Positions 38,434 through 47,792 of a DNA stretch of 64,000 nt are shown piece after piece. The stretch lies in assembly GCF_946220915.1 (NCBI RefSeq), contig NZ_CAMIHH010000001.1, forward strand, positions 3,922-67,921, given 5' to 3'. The notes beneath the pieces are model-generated. The model searched no databases. It saw only the letters and a program-made list of their open reading frames with translations, and had not been told where the DNA came from. The position numbers and the translations under genes are program-made. Positions within the stretch are counted from its first letter, which is position 1. The number at the start of each line of letters is the position of its first letter. Origin of the DNA: an uncultured Flavobacterium sp. Its GTDB lineage: Bacteria; Bacteroidota; Bacteroidia; Flavobacteriales; Flavobacteriaceae.

Positions 38434-38946
38434 TTAGAACCCAAGTTCTTTCTTTACGTCAACAAGAAGGTCCGGCCCATCGTGTACAAGCACGCCACTT
38501 CCCTGAGAAGCATCCAGCACATACTGGTAACCTTTGGCCTTGGCAACTTTTTGGATCGCTGCTTTAGCTTTGTCAACAATAGGCTTATAGATGTCTTCCT
38601 GCTTTTGCTGAAGCTCTTTTGAAGCGCTTTGCTGGTACTCCTGGATCCTCTTCTGCATATCCTGTACTTCTTTGCTGCGGGTGTCATTGATTGCTTCAGT
38701 AACTGTAGCAGCTTCTTTTTCGTATTGTGTAACTTTATTCCTGAATTCAGTTACCATCGCATTGTAGTCATTGTCATAAGTTTTGGTAAGCTTTTCAAGC
38801 TGTGCATTGGCAGCTTTCATTTCCGGCATTCCGGCCATAAGCTCACTTACGTTTATGTGTGCTACTTTAGCCTGTGCATTTGCAGCCTGGCTCAGTCCTA
38901 CAAAAAGTATGGCAGCGATTAATAAAGATTTCATTTGTTTCATCAT
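38434..38946 (-). CDS. skp: OmpH/Skp-family periplasmic chaperone
   Basis: Signal peptide MMKQMKSLLIAAILFVGLSQAANAQ and a coiled-coil OmpH body. The ORF upstream extension (to 39192) is a spurious Lys/Arg-rich read-through antisense to nothing conserved. Confidence 0.8.
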   Translation of the reverse strand: MMKQMKSLLIAAILFVGLSQAANAQAKVAHINVSELMAGMPEMKAANAQLEKLTKTYDNDYNAMVTEFRNKVTQYEKEAATVTEAINDTRSKEVQDMQKRIQEYQQSASKELQQKQEDIYKPIVDKAKAAIQKVAKAKGYQYVLDASQGSGVLVHDGPDLLVDVKKELGF

Positions 38947-38983
38947 CTGTTCGAATTTATAATTAATTTTTGTTCTTGTTCTT

Positions 38984-40111
38984 TTATTCCGGGTCATTTG
39001 TCTCGGGTGGCGAAGCAGGCGCTGCATCCTTGGCCTTTGCAGCAGCTTTTTCTTCTTTGGCTTTTTTGGCGGCCTCCCTTTTGGCAAGTATCTCTGCCTG
39101 CCTGTCTGCGATGGCCTGCTTTCTTTCTGCTGCTTTTTTCTCGCGTTCTTCTTTGGCGGCGGCAATTGCATTTTGCCTTTTGGTGGCAGCATCAGTGCCT
39201 TGTTCGGGTGTTTCGGTGGCTGTAGTTTTCACAGGTGTTGCATTTTCACCCTGTATGACGTCATCGCCATCTGTATCCTCATTCGCGGTGCCGGGCGCTG
39301 CGGTCCTGTTAGTATTGGCTGTAGGCTCTGTTGTTGGCCTGGCCGGAGGGGTAGTGCCGTTTTTCTTTGCTTCCCTTTCCTGCTTCAGCTGCTCGCGCTT
39401 GGCTTCATACGCTTCCCTCTTGGCCTGCTGCGCTGCCTTTTTATCATCCATCAGTTTTTGCTTGGCTGCTTTTTTCTCATCAAGCTTTTTCTGCCTTTCA
39501 ATTATATCCGGGTTCGTATTGCGCTCTTCTTCTTTTTCTTCCTCATCAAGCTTTTTCAGCTGGCGGCTGCTCAGGGTTTCCTGTTTTGCAGCACGTTCCA
39601 TCCTCTTCAATACAAGTTCGCTGATGTCATGCCTGTTGGCTGCAAAGAGCATGGTAAGGTCAGACGATTTGTCAAACACAAAATCATACTTCCTTATTTC
39701 GGCAAGGTCCTGTACAATGGTAAACACCTGGTCCTGTATCGGTTTTACCAATACCGATTTTTGCGTTATGAGGTCGCCTGTGGGGCCAAACTTTTTTTCC
39801 TGGAAATCGAGTAGCTCTTTTTCAAGGTAGGCAATTTCTTCCTCCCTTTCCTCCACAAGCTCTTTTGTCAATAGCGCCCTTTCGGCTTTCAGGCCATCGG
39901 CAAGCTTTGTGATCTCGCTTCTCTTCACGTCAATTTCCTGCTTCCACTTTTGTGCTTTCTGCTCCAGCTGGTTTTTAGCTTCGGCATAGTCAGGAGCCTT
40001 GTTAAGGATGTAATCCATGTCAATGTAGGCGATCTTTACACCTCGTGCACCCTGGGCAGCTGCAATGAAGCAGCTTAAAACAGTAACCAGTGTTAATAAA
40101 TATTTCTTCAT
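38984..40111 (-). CDS. OmpH/Skp-family paralog with a ~200-aa C-terminal K/E/A-rich low-complexity tail
   Basis: Signal peptide and an OmpH core (aa 1-170). The C-terminal extension is rich in KKAAKQ/EEREKKAAE repeats. Confidence 0.8.
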   Translation of the reverse strand: MKKYLLTLVTVLSCFIAAAQGARGVKIAYIDMDYILNKAPDYAEAKNQLEQKAQKWKQEIDVKRSEITKLADGLKAERALLTKELVEEREEEIAYLEKELLDFQEKKFGPTGDLITQKSVLVKPIQDQVFTIVQDLAEIRKYDFVFDKSSDLTMLFAANRHDISELVLKRMERAAKQETLSSRQLKKLDEEEKEEERNTNPDIIERQKKLDEKKAAKQKLMDDKKAAQQAKREAYEAKREQLKQEREAKKNGTTPPARPTTEPTANTNRTAAPGTANEDTDGDDVIQGENATPVKTTATETPEQGTDAATKRQNAIAAAKEEREKKAAERKQAIADRQAEILAKREAAKKAKEEKAAAKAKDAAPASPPETNDPE

Positions 40112-40149
40112 AGCTTTTTATGTATTAGAAAATATCATGCCAATTTTTT

Positions 40150-42912
40150 TTAGAACTGCTGACCAATGATAAAGTGCGTTTCCCAACCGTTCTTGCCTTG
40201 TCCTTCACGTCCCGGCAGCGGGTCGAACCCGTGGCCGAAGTCGATGCCCAGAAGCCCGAATGCCGGCATGAATACCCTGAGTCCAAAGCCTGCCGAACGC
40301 TTAAGAGCAAACGGGTTATAGTTGCTAAAGCCGTCAAATGACGCTCCTGCCTCCAGGAATGTAAGCGCATATATCGATGCCTGCGATTTTAACGTGATGG
40401 GGTAACGAAGCTCCAGCGTGAACTTGTTATATATCGTTGCCCCAATTTGTATCTCCTGGCCGTTGGCTTCCCTCAATACGGGCGATAGCGCCTGGTTAGG
40501 ATAACCCCTGAGCTGTATTACCTCGCGGCCGTCCAATGCATAGTTGGCCATGCCATCACCACCCAGGTAGAACCTTTCAAACGGCACCAGGCCCCTGTCG
40601 GAATTGTACGCTCCCATGAAACCGAACTCGCCTAAGGCGCGAAGTACAAGTTCATGCGATTGCGACCCCGCCAGTTTGGTATAAGCATCAGCCTTGAACT
40701 TAAATTTCCAGTATTCCAGCCAGTTGAACCTTTTCTGGTCATACTTGGCTTCGTCTAGCGAAGCATCCGCAGCATTATCCACCCTGCTCAAAGGATTGCC
40801 GTTTGTATCCACGGTATAATAATCAAGAGGGCCTATGTTTGTGCCGGGCAGCGTTGCTCCCGTCCTGTTCCTGAGTTTGTATTCTGTTTCATTTTTCAGG
40901 CCTGCATAATCAATCCCGTTAACCAGCGAGTAGGGGAAAGTCGTCCTGAAGCTTGCGCTGAACAGTGAGCCGTATGTAGGGTAAATAGGGTTGCGGCCCC
41001 TGTTGTCCCTTGTAAGCTCTACCGTGTAGGCAAGGTTTCTCGATGTACCGTTACCAAAGGTAAACAATCCTGTGTTATAATTACTTAGGCTGTAGTACTG
41101 GAATGTCAAAGAGTGCGAAAGCCTCATATAATAATCCGGTTCGCTAAGCCTTTTCGACATACCCAGTGAGATGGACGATATCGTAAAACTCCTCGACCTG
41201 TCTACATCGCGGGATGTAAAGTTATACAAAAACTGCCTGCTGTGCGATAGCGACCCAAAAAGCTGTATCGGTTTTTTACCGCCAAACCATGGCTCGGTAA
41301 ACGACATGCTATAGGTTTGGAAATAGGTGCTGCCCTGTGCACGCAGTGAGAGTTTTTGCCCGTCGCCCATTGGCAGCGGATTATAGGCCTCTTTGTTAAA
41401 AATATTGCGTATGGAGAAATTGTTGAACGAAAGTCCCAGCGTACCGATGAATCCGCCGCCGCCATAACCTCCCTGCAGTTCTATCTGGCTCGATCCCTTT
41501 TCGGTCACGTTCCATTCTATGTCTACAGTACCCGTGGCAGGGTCAGGGTTTTTTACATCCGGACGAATGGTTTCCGGGTCAAAAAAGCCCAGTGCGCCGA
41601 GTTCGCGGATGGTTCCTATTACGTCTTCCTTATTCCATTTCTGGCCAGGCCTTGTGCGGAGCTCGCGGTATATTACGTGGTCATTGGTCTTGTCGTTGCC
41701 TACCACGTTTACATTGTTAAAGTAAGCAATTGGCCCCTCGACAATGCGAATCTCGAAGTCGATAGTGTCGTTGTACGTCCTTACTTCCACAGCATTGATG
41801 TTCGAGAACAGGTAGCCGTTATTCTGGTACAGGTTAGTAAGGTCTTCACCGTCCGGCTTGGTCGGGTCGGCAATCCTTTTTTGCAGCATTACACCATTAT
41901 ATACCTCGCCTTTTTTAATCCCGAGTATCTGGTTCAGCTGATTGTTGTTGTAAACCGTGTTGCCCAGGTATTTTATCTCACCAAAGTAATATTTGTTACC
42001 CTCTTCAACATTAATGGTAATGCCAACGGTATTTTTTTTAGGGTTGTATATTACAGTGTCAGATGTTACCCGCGCATCGCGGTAGCCTTTTTCCTTGTAT
42101 TTATCGATAACGCTTACAAGGTCTTCCTTATACTTGTCGGCAATAAATTTAGAGGGTTTGAAAATGCGCAATGGGTTAAGAGGACTTTTTCGCTTGGTAT
42201 TTTTCATGGCACCTCGAAGCTTTCCATCGGTAAGCTGGGTATTGCCGTTAAAGTCAATGCTGCTTACGCGCACTTTCCTGCCACGGTCAATATTCACAAC
42301 CATTTTTACCGTATTGGTGCTGTCCGGTATTACATTTATGGCTACTTTGGTATTATAGTAGCCATCTTTGCGGTACTTGTTCTCAATGTAGTTTTTGGTG
42401 TTCGTGATAAGGTTTTCATTTACGATCTTGCCTTTATTAAGGTCGGTATCCTTAATAAGCCCTTCAATCTTTCCTTTGCGCACACCCTGTATCTTTACAT
42501 CGGTCAGTTTGGGCAGTTCGTTAAGGTACAGCTCCAGGTAAATGCTGTCGCCTTCTATTTTATTCTGGTAAAAGTTTACATCGCTAAATAGCCCCAGCCT
42601 CCACAGCTTTTTGATCGCGGCGCTTATCTCCTCTCCGGGAACGTGTATGACCTGGCCTTTTTCCAGGCCGGTAAAGTTTACTACCGTTTGCTCATTGTAG
42701 CTTATTTTCCCTGTTACGGAAATGTCGGCCAGGATGTATTCCCTTGGCGATTCCAGGTTGCCAAATTCCTGGGCATTCGCCGAAGCACCTGCAAATAATA
42801 AAATGCCAAAAAGTAATGCAATGCCCGTACGGACCCTATTTGTGTTACTTAACTTGTTCACTGGTTTTTCCAAATCTACGTTCTCTTTTTTGATAACTGA
42901 TAATTGCTTCAT
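40150..42912 (-). CDS. bamA: outer membrane protein assembly factor BamA
   Basis: POTRA repeats and a C-terminal 16-strand barrel ending ...WETHFIIGQQF. The start is set at MKQLSVIKK (42912), which overlaps the uppS 3' end by 68 nt. An alternative GTG start near 42861 would give a ~14-nt overlap. Confidence 0.85.
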   Translation of the reverse strand: MKQLSVIKKENVDLEKPVNKLSNTNRVRTGIALLFGILLFAGASANAQEFGNLESPREYILADISVTGKISYNEQTVVNFTGLEKGQVIHVPGEEISAAIKKLWRLGLFSDVNFYQNKIEGDSIYLELYLNELPKLTDVKIQGVRKGKIEGLIKDTDLNKGKIVNENLITNTKNYIENKYRKDGYYNTKVAINVIPDSTNTVKMVVNIDRGRKVRVSSIDFNGNTQLTDGKLRGAMKNTKRKSPLNPLRIFKPSKFIADKYKEDLVSVIDKYKEKGYRDARVTSDTVIYNPKKNTVGITINVEEGNKYYFGEIKYLGNTVYNNNQLNQILGIKKGEVYNGVMLQKRIADPTKPDGEDLTNLYQNNGYLFSNINAVEVRTYNDTIDFEIRIVEGPIAYFNNVNVVGNDKTNDHVIYRELRTRPGQKWNKEDVIGTIRELGALGFFDPETIRPDVKNPDPATGTVDIEWNVTEKGSSQIELQGGYGGGGFIGTLGLSFNNFSIRNIFNKEAYNPLPMGDGQKLSLRAQGSTYFQTYSMSFTEPWFGGKKPIQLFGSLSHSRQFLYNFTSRDVDRSRSFTISSISLGMSKRLSEPDYYMRLSHSLTFQYYSLSNYNTGLFTFGNGTSRNLAYTVELTRDNRGRNPIYPTYGSLFSASFRTTFPYSLVNGIDYAGLKNETEYKLRNRTGATLPGTNIGPLDYYTVDTNGNPLSRVDNAADASLDEAKYDQKRFNWLEYWKFKFKADAYTKLAGSQSHELVLRALGEFGFMGAYNSDRGLVPFERFYLGGDGMANYALDGREVIQLRGYPNQALSPVLREANGQEIQIGATIYNKFTLELRYPITLKSQASIYALTFLEAGASFDGFSNYNPFALKRSAGFGLRVFMPAFGLLGIDFGHGFDPLPGREGQGKNGWETHFIIGQQF

Positions 42913-43585
42913 GCAGGTCTTTTTCCCTGAAATCGGGCCAAAGCACTTCTGTAAAATAAAACTCGGCATACGCCACCTGCCATAGCAGGAAGTTGCTAAT
43001 GCGCTGTTCACCACTGGTCCTTATTACAAGGTCCACATCCGGAAGGCCATGGGTATACAGGTGCCGGTTTATGACAGATTCGCTGATGTCAGCTATGTTC
43101 AATTGGTTATTTTGTACTTGTTCGCTTATTTGCTTTACTGCCGAAATGATCTCCTCCCTGGATCCGTAACTCAGTGCGAGCGTAAGTGTCATCCGGGTAT
43201 TGTCTTTTGTTTGCCCCATTACATCCTGCAGCTTTTTGCGGGCGCTCTCCGGCAGCATGGCGGTATTGCCTATGGTATTTAGCTTAATGCTGTTTTTTTG
43301 TAGTGTTGGGAGCTCTTTTTCGAGCGAGCTTACCAGCAGGTTCATCAGGGTATCCACTTCCAGCTTGGGCCTGTTCCAGTTTTCTGTTGAAAATGCGTAT
43401 AAGGTAAGGCATTCAATACCCAGCCTGGCACAGCTTTCTACTGTCTCGCGCACAGCCTTGGTACCGTTCTCATGGCCAAAGGCGCGAAGCATCCCCTTCC
43501 TTTTTGCCCAGCGGCCATTGCCGTCCATTATAATGGCAAGGTGCTTTGGCATGTTTTGGGTATTTAAAGTGGTAGTTGTGTCCAT
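42845..43585 (-). CDS. uppS: isoprenyl transferase (undecaprenyl-diphosphate synthase)
   Basis: HLAIIMDGNGRWA motif, ~245 aa. Confidence 0.9.
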   Translation of the reverse strand: MDTTTTLNTQNMPKHLAIIMDGNGRWAKRKGMLRAFGHENGTKAVRETVESCARLGIECLTLYAFSTENWNRPKLEVDTLMNLLVSSLEKELPTLQKNSIKLNTIGNTAMLPESARKKLQDVMGQTKDNTRMTLTLALSYGSREEIISAVKQISEQVQNNQLNIADISESVINRHLYTHGLPDVDLVIRTSGEQRISNFLLWQVAYAEFYFTEVLWPDFREKDLHEAIISYQKRERRFGKTSEQVK

Positions 43586-43588
43586 AGA

Positions 43589-44269
43589 TCAATCGCAGTA
43601 GCAGGGCTTTTCGCCAAAGGTGTAGGTTAGGGTAAGGCCGGAAAACACATACCAGTCCTTGCTTTCAAGGTTGCCGAAGCGAAATTCGGGGTGCTCTTCA
43701 TGATTGCTTCCGTCGAGGTTGTCGCTAAATGTGGCCCTTGCGCCCACTTCAAATCCAAGGATGAGGGCCTGGGTTATATTTGCTTTAAGCCCCACGGTCA
43801 TAGGGATTGCCATTCCGCCCGTAGAGTCGCCGCTATGCGTTTCGCCTGTTGCGGTATTGATGTAAATATCGTTGTACCAGTAATAGCTAAGCCCGCCGTA
43901 CAGGTAAGGAGTTACCTTGAATTCGTCCTCATGGAGGTTAAATTCGAAAAAATTAAACTCCAGGCCTGCAGACAGCTCTTTAATGGTATTTTCAAACTTA
44001 TAGCCGCGCTCGTTCCTGCCCCGTACTTCAGAGTCGATATCGTCCGACGCTATCCTGCCATAAGTAAACGAAGCCCTCCAAGAATGCCTTGGGCTGCGGT
44101 TCCATTTATAGATGATCCCTACGGCAAGGTCATTCGGGGCAATATAATCCGTAGGCCCTACATCGCCTATGTAATTAGCGCCACCGGCGAAAAGCCCCAG
44201 TTCGTTGATCTGGGCTTCGCTCCTGAATGCCGTTATGATTATCAATATCAAAAATACAGTCCTCTTCAT
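43589..44269 (-). CDS. DUF6089-family outer-membrane beta-barrel protein
   Basis: Signal peptide and barrel pattern. It has the conserved Flavobacteriia position between uppS and nadK. Confidence 0.7.
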   Translation of the reverse strand: MKRTVFLILIIITAFRSEAQINELGLFAGGANYIGDVGPTDYIAPNDLAVGIIYKWNRSPRHSWRASFTYGRIASDDIDSEVRGRNERGYKFENTIKELSAGLEFNFFEFNLHEDEFKVTPYLYGGLSYYWYNDIYINTATGETHSGDSTGGMAIPMTVGLKANITQALILGFEVGARATFSDNLDGSNHEEHPEFRFGNLESKDWYVFSGLTLTYTFGEKPCYCD

Positions 44270-44576
44270 TCTATAAAATTGGGTGCAAATATAGTAATAT
44301 AGATTTCTAATCTGTCTATATCACCTAATTTACATCCTTAAAAATATATAAATTGGCAATATACAGACTTGAAAACGGAAGAAGTGTGTGTGTAGTATGC
44401 GTGCGTGATAAATTTGTGGGACAAAAGTTGCAGGACTAATTCAACCGCATCGAATGCGCAGGCCTTTTTAAATGCTAAATAGTGAAGCTTGGCCTCGCCA
44501 CTATAAATTTAGTTTCCTGCCACTTTAACCCAGGCTGTGCTCAATCATTGCTGCGTGGTTAAAGTAAATGAGAAGC

Positions 44577-45464
44577 TCAATTCCTCTTATCCTCGCCCCA
44601 AAGGAGTTTTTTTCGCAATGTATCGGTAAATTTCTCCTCGGCAAATTCTACCAGGTGGATTTTAAAACCTGTTTTTTTAATGCATATGGCGGTTTCCACA
44701 TCCATGGATATAATGCGGGAGTCGAGCGATACCAAATGCTGTTCCTCACGGCTGCTCACTTTCAGCTCAATTTCGGTATCATCGGGTATAACCAGCGGGC
44801 GGGCGTTAAGGTTGTGCGGTGCGATAGGGGTTATTACCAGGCTGCTTACCTCGGGCATCAGTACCGGGCCGCCGCAGCTTAGCGAATATCCGGTTGAGCC
44901 GGTAGGCGTAGAGATGATAAGCCCGTCTGCCCAATACGAGTTCAGGTATTCGCCGTTAAGTTTGGTCTCAATGGTAATCATCGAGGTAGTGTCTTTACGG
45001 CTTACGGTTATTTCGTTCAGGGCAAAGTCAAGTTCATCGGCTGGCGTTTCGGGCTTGCCGTCATAATCGACAGAAAGCAGCGTGCGCGGCGATATCTTAT
45101 ATTTGTTTTCAAATAATAGCGGGAGCAGCAGCGGTATGTTTTCCTGTTGTACTGTAGCTAAAAATCCAAGCCTGCCTGCATTTATGCCCACAATGGGGAT
45201 GTTCTTATCCCGCACATAGGTGGCAGCCCTCAGCATGGTTCCGTCGCCGCCAATGCATATGAGGATATCAAAGCCATTGAGCGCTTGGTGCTCCGAAAAT
45301 ACAGGGTAGCTTTTGCCGGCAAGCAGGTTTTTTTCGGCAAGGGCATTATAAAAGTTAGACTCAATGGCAATGTGCGGCCCATAACGTTCCAAAACCGCCA
45401 GCAGCCCGTCTATGATCTCCTCGGTATTGTCTTTATAGTATTGCCCGTAAATTGCTATTTTCAT
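44577..45464 (-). CDS. nadK: NAD kinase
   Basis: GGDGTML motif and NAGRLGFL motif. Confidence 0.85.
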   Translation of the reverse strand: MKIAIYGQYYKDNTEEIIDGLLAVLERYGPHIAIESNFYNALAEKNLLAGKSYPVFSEHQALNGFDILICIGGDGTMLRAATYVRDKNIPIVGINAGRLGFLATVQQENIPLLLPLLFENKYKISPRTLLSVDYDGKPETPADELDFALNEITVSRKDTTSMITIETKLNGEYLNSYWADGLIISTPTGSTGYSLSCGGPVLMPEVSSLVITPIAPHNLNARPLVIPDDTEIELKVSSREEQHLVSLDSRIISMDVETAICIKKTGFKIHLVEFAEEKFTDTLRKKLLWGEDKRN

Positions 45465-45469
45465 GTCGC

Positions 45470-46129
45470 TTATATGTTCAGGTATTTATCAAGGTAGTCC
45501 GACCGGTCCTTCAATGTATTGAGGTATGCATCTTCCTGGTGCTCGGAGATGATGTCGTAGTTATACCGCCTGAAAGTCTGGATGATCTCGCTCAGCCCGC
45601 CCAGGCTTATCTTCAACGTGATCTGTACTTTATTCAGGTTGGCTTCAGATATGAAAAAGCCCAGCAGCCTGCCATTATTGCTTTCCACTATTTGTGCGGC
45701 CTCGCTCATGCTGTAGTCGGCAATGCCTTTCTCAACCACCAGTATTCCTCCTTCTTCCTTAAGAAACGGGGTCTGGTGGAAAAGCGTTATCACATCGGTG
45801 ATCTCATAATAGCCCAAATACCTGTTCTCTGCGTCAAGCACGGGCAGCAGGTTGGTTTCGTTCCGGGCAAATACCTCCAGCACATCCAGCCATATTGCGG
45901 TGTCGCGCACAAAAAAACGCTCAAAGCTATAGCGAAGGTCGGCCATGGTTTTTTCAATGTCCATTAGCTCAACATCTTCTGCACCTGCACAGCCTATGTA
46001 TATGCCTTCATCCAGCACCGGGAAGTAAGAAAAGAGGTACTCGGCAAACAGGTCCTGTGCATCTGCAACGGTATCGCCCATACGGAGCGGCTTTATGGCA
46101 TTGCTTATAAAATCGGTAATGTCGGTCAT
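45470..46129 (-). CDS. CBS-domain pair protein
   Basis: Two CBS motifs. It has the conserved position between nadK and pdxJ. Confidence 0.7.
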   Translation of the reverse strand: MTDITDFISNAIKPLRMGDTVADAQDLFAEYLFSYFPVLDEGIYIGCAGAEDVELMDIEKTMADLRYSFERFFVRDTAIWLDVLEVFARNETNLLPVLDAENRYLGYYEITDVITLFHQTPFLKEEGGILVVEKGIADYSMSEAAQIVESNNGRLLGFFISEANLNKVQITLKISLGGLSEIIQTFRRYNYDIISEHQEDAYLNTLKDRSDYLDKYLNI

Positions 46130-46227
46130 CGGGGTAATGCTAATTATTATGCAAAATAATCAAAAATAAGGATAAACTGCCTTTTTAACTTTGTATTTTT
46201 GTATGAAAAAGCAGACTTAACAAAGAT

Positions 46228-46941
46228 ATGGCAAAACTCAGTGTCAACATAAACAAAATAGCTACCCTGCGCAATTCAAGGGGCAGCAATGTGCCCGATT
46301 TACTTAAAGTAGCTGCCGATGTGCAAAAATTCGGCGCGCAGGGGATAACCGTACATCCGCGCCCTGACGAGAGGCATATCCGCTACCAGGATGCGCGCGA
46401 CCTCGTGCCTGTGGTATATACCGAATACAACATTGAAGGTAACCCGGTGCCAAAGTTCATCGACTTAGTGCTGGAAACCAGGCCTGCCCAGGTAACCCTG
46501 GTGCCCGATGCAGACGATGCCATTACGTCCAATGCCGGTTGGGATACCATAAGGCACAAAAGCTTTTTGCAGGAGGTGATACAGGAATTCCGGCGCAACG
46601 GCATCCGCACCTCTATATTTGTCGACCCTGTAACTGCAATGGTGGAAGGTGCTAAAGATACCGGCACCGAAAGGATCGAACTGTATACTGAAGCCTTCGC
46701 GCACGAATACGGGCTGGGCAACCAGCATAGCATAAAGCCCTATGCCGATGCGGCAGCTGTAGCCAACAGCCTTGGCCTCGGCGTGAATGCCGGGCACGAC
46801 CTGAGCCTTGACAATATCAAATTCTTTAAAGACAATGTCCCGGGGCTGCTTGAGGTATCGATAGGGCATGCACTCATTGCCGAGTCGCTGTACCTGGGCC
46901 TGGAGAATGTAATTAATATGTACCTGCAAAAACTAAAATAA
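46228..46941 (+). CDS. pdxJ: pyridoxine 5'-phosphate synthase
   Basis: KIATLRNSRG and HPRPDERHI motifs, 237 aa. Confidence 0.9.
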   Translation: MAKLSVNINKIATLRNSRGSNVPDLLKVAADVQKFGAQGITVHPRPDERHIRYQDARDLVPVVYTEYNIEGNPVPKFIDLVLETRPAQVTLVPDADDAITSNAGWDTIRHKSFLQEVIQEFRRNGIRTSIFVDPVTAMVEGAKDTGTERIELYTEAFAHEYGLGNQHSIKPYADAAAVANSLGLGVNAGHDLSLDNIKFFKDNVPGLLEVSIGHALIAESLYLGLENVINMYLQKLK

Positions 46942-46942
46942 T

Positions 46943-47731
46943 ATGCTGCATTCAAGGATAGAAGGCCAAGGAAAGCCCCTGCTCATCATTCACGGATTTT
47001 TAGGCACTTCGGACAACTGGAAAACGCTGGGCGGACAGTATGCTGCCAATGGGTTCCGGGTACATGCCATCGATATGCGCAACCACGGCAAAAGCTTCCA
47101 CTCGGATGACTTTACCTATGATGCCATGGTGCAGGACCTGGTGGAATATTGCGACGGCAATAATTTGGATAAACCGGACATTATTGGCCATTCGATGGGA
47201 GGGAAGGCAGCCATGTTTTTCGCGGTAAGATATCCCGAAAGAGTGGGCAGGCTTATAGTTGCCGACATCGGGCCTAAATATTACCGTCCGCACCACCAGG
47301 ACATTTTGGCCGGGCTTAATGCAGTGGATTTTTCGGCAAAACCCGAGCGCTCGGATGTAGAGGAAATCCTTTCGCAGCACATTGGCGATGCCGGTACGCG
47401 CCAGTTCCTCATGAAGAATCTTTACTGGAAAGAACCGGGGCAGCTGGCCTACCGCTTTAACCTTGATGTTTTTAATGAAAAGATTGATAACATCGGACAG
47501 GCATTGCCGGAAGGAAGCCAATTTGATGGGCCAACGCTTTTCCTGCGCGGCGACAAGTCAAATTACATCAGGGATGAAGATTCCGAATTGATAAAAACCC
47601 ATTTCCCTAATGCGGAAATAAAAGACATTAAAAATTCCGGGCACTGGCTGCATGCGGAGAACCCGAAACAGTTTTTGGAGGAGACGCTTGGTTTTCTCGA
47701 CTCCCCGGACCCCTCCAAAAGAGGGGAGTAG
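46943..47731 (+). CDS. alpha/beta-fold hydrolase
   Basis: HGFLG oxyanion region and a GHSMGG nucleophile elbow. Confidence 0.8.
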   Translation: MLHSRIEGQGKPLLIIHGFLGTSDNWKTLGGQYAANGFRVHAIDMRNHGKSFHSDDFTYDAMVQDLVEYCDGNNLDKPDIIGHSMGGKAAMFFAVRYPERVGRLIVADIGPKYYRPHHQDILAGLNAVDFSAKPERSDVEEILSQHIGDAGTRQFLMKNLYWKEPGQLAYRFNLDVFNEKIDNIGQALPEGSQFDGPTLFLRGDKSNYIRDEDSELIKTHFPNAEIKDIKNSGHWLHAENPKQFLEETLGFLDSPDPSKRGE

Positions 47732-47792
47732 CGTCACTCATACCCATTGAGCACCTGATTCAGTAAGCGGGTTGAGTGCCCCCAATTGGGAG

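Noticed and set aside
38947-39192. N-terminal 83-aa Lys/Arg/Pro-rich extension of the skp ORF
   Set aside because: The signal peptide begins at the internal MMKQMKS. The extension runs through the intergenic region and the 3' end of the neighbouring OmpH paralog, so it is an ORF-caller artefact.
38970-39830. 286-aa plus-strand ORF rich in Ala/Ser/Phe/Leu opposite the OmpH tail
   Set aside because: It is generated by the complementary strand of the K/E/A-rich low-complexity coding DNA and is not a credible protein.
41356-42591. 411-aa plus-strand ORF antisense to bamA
   Set aside because: bamA is unambiguous here (POTRA repeats plus barrel). The antisense ORF is low-complexity, Val/Phe/Tyr-rich.
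44382-44410. Alternating purine-pyrimidine run gtgtgtgtgtagtatgcgtgcgtg in the DUF6089/nadK spacer
   Set aside because: It is a short simple repeat with no flanking structure or coding context. It is likely incidental, although it is a potential Z-DNA-prone site.
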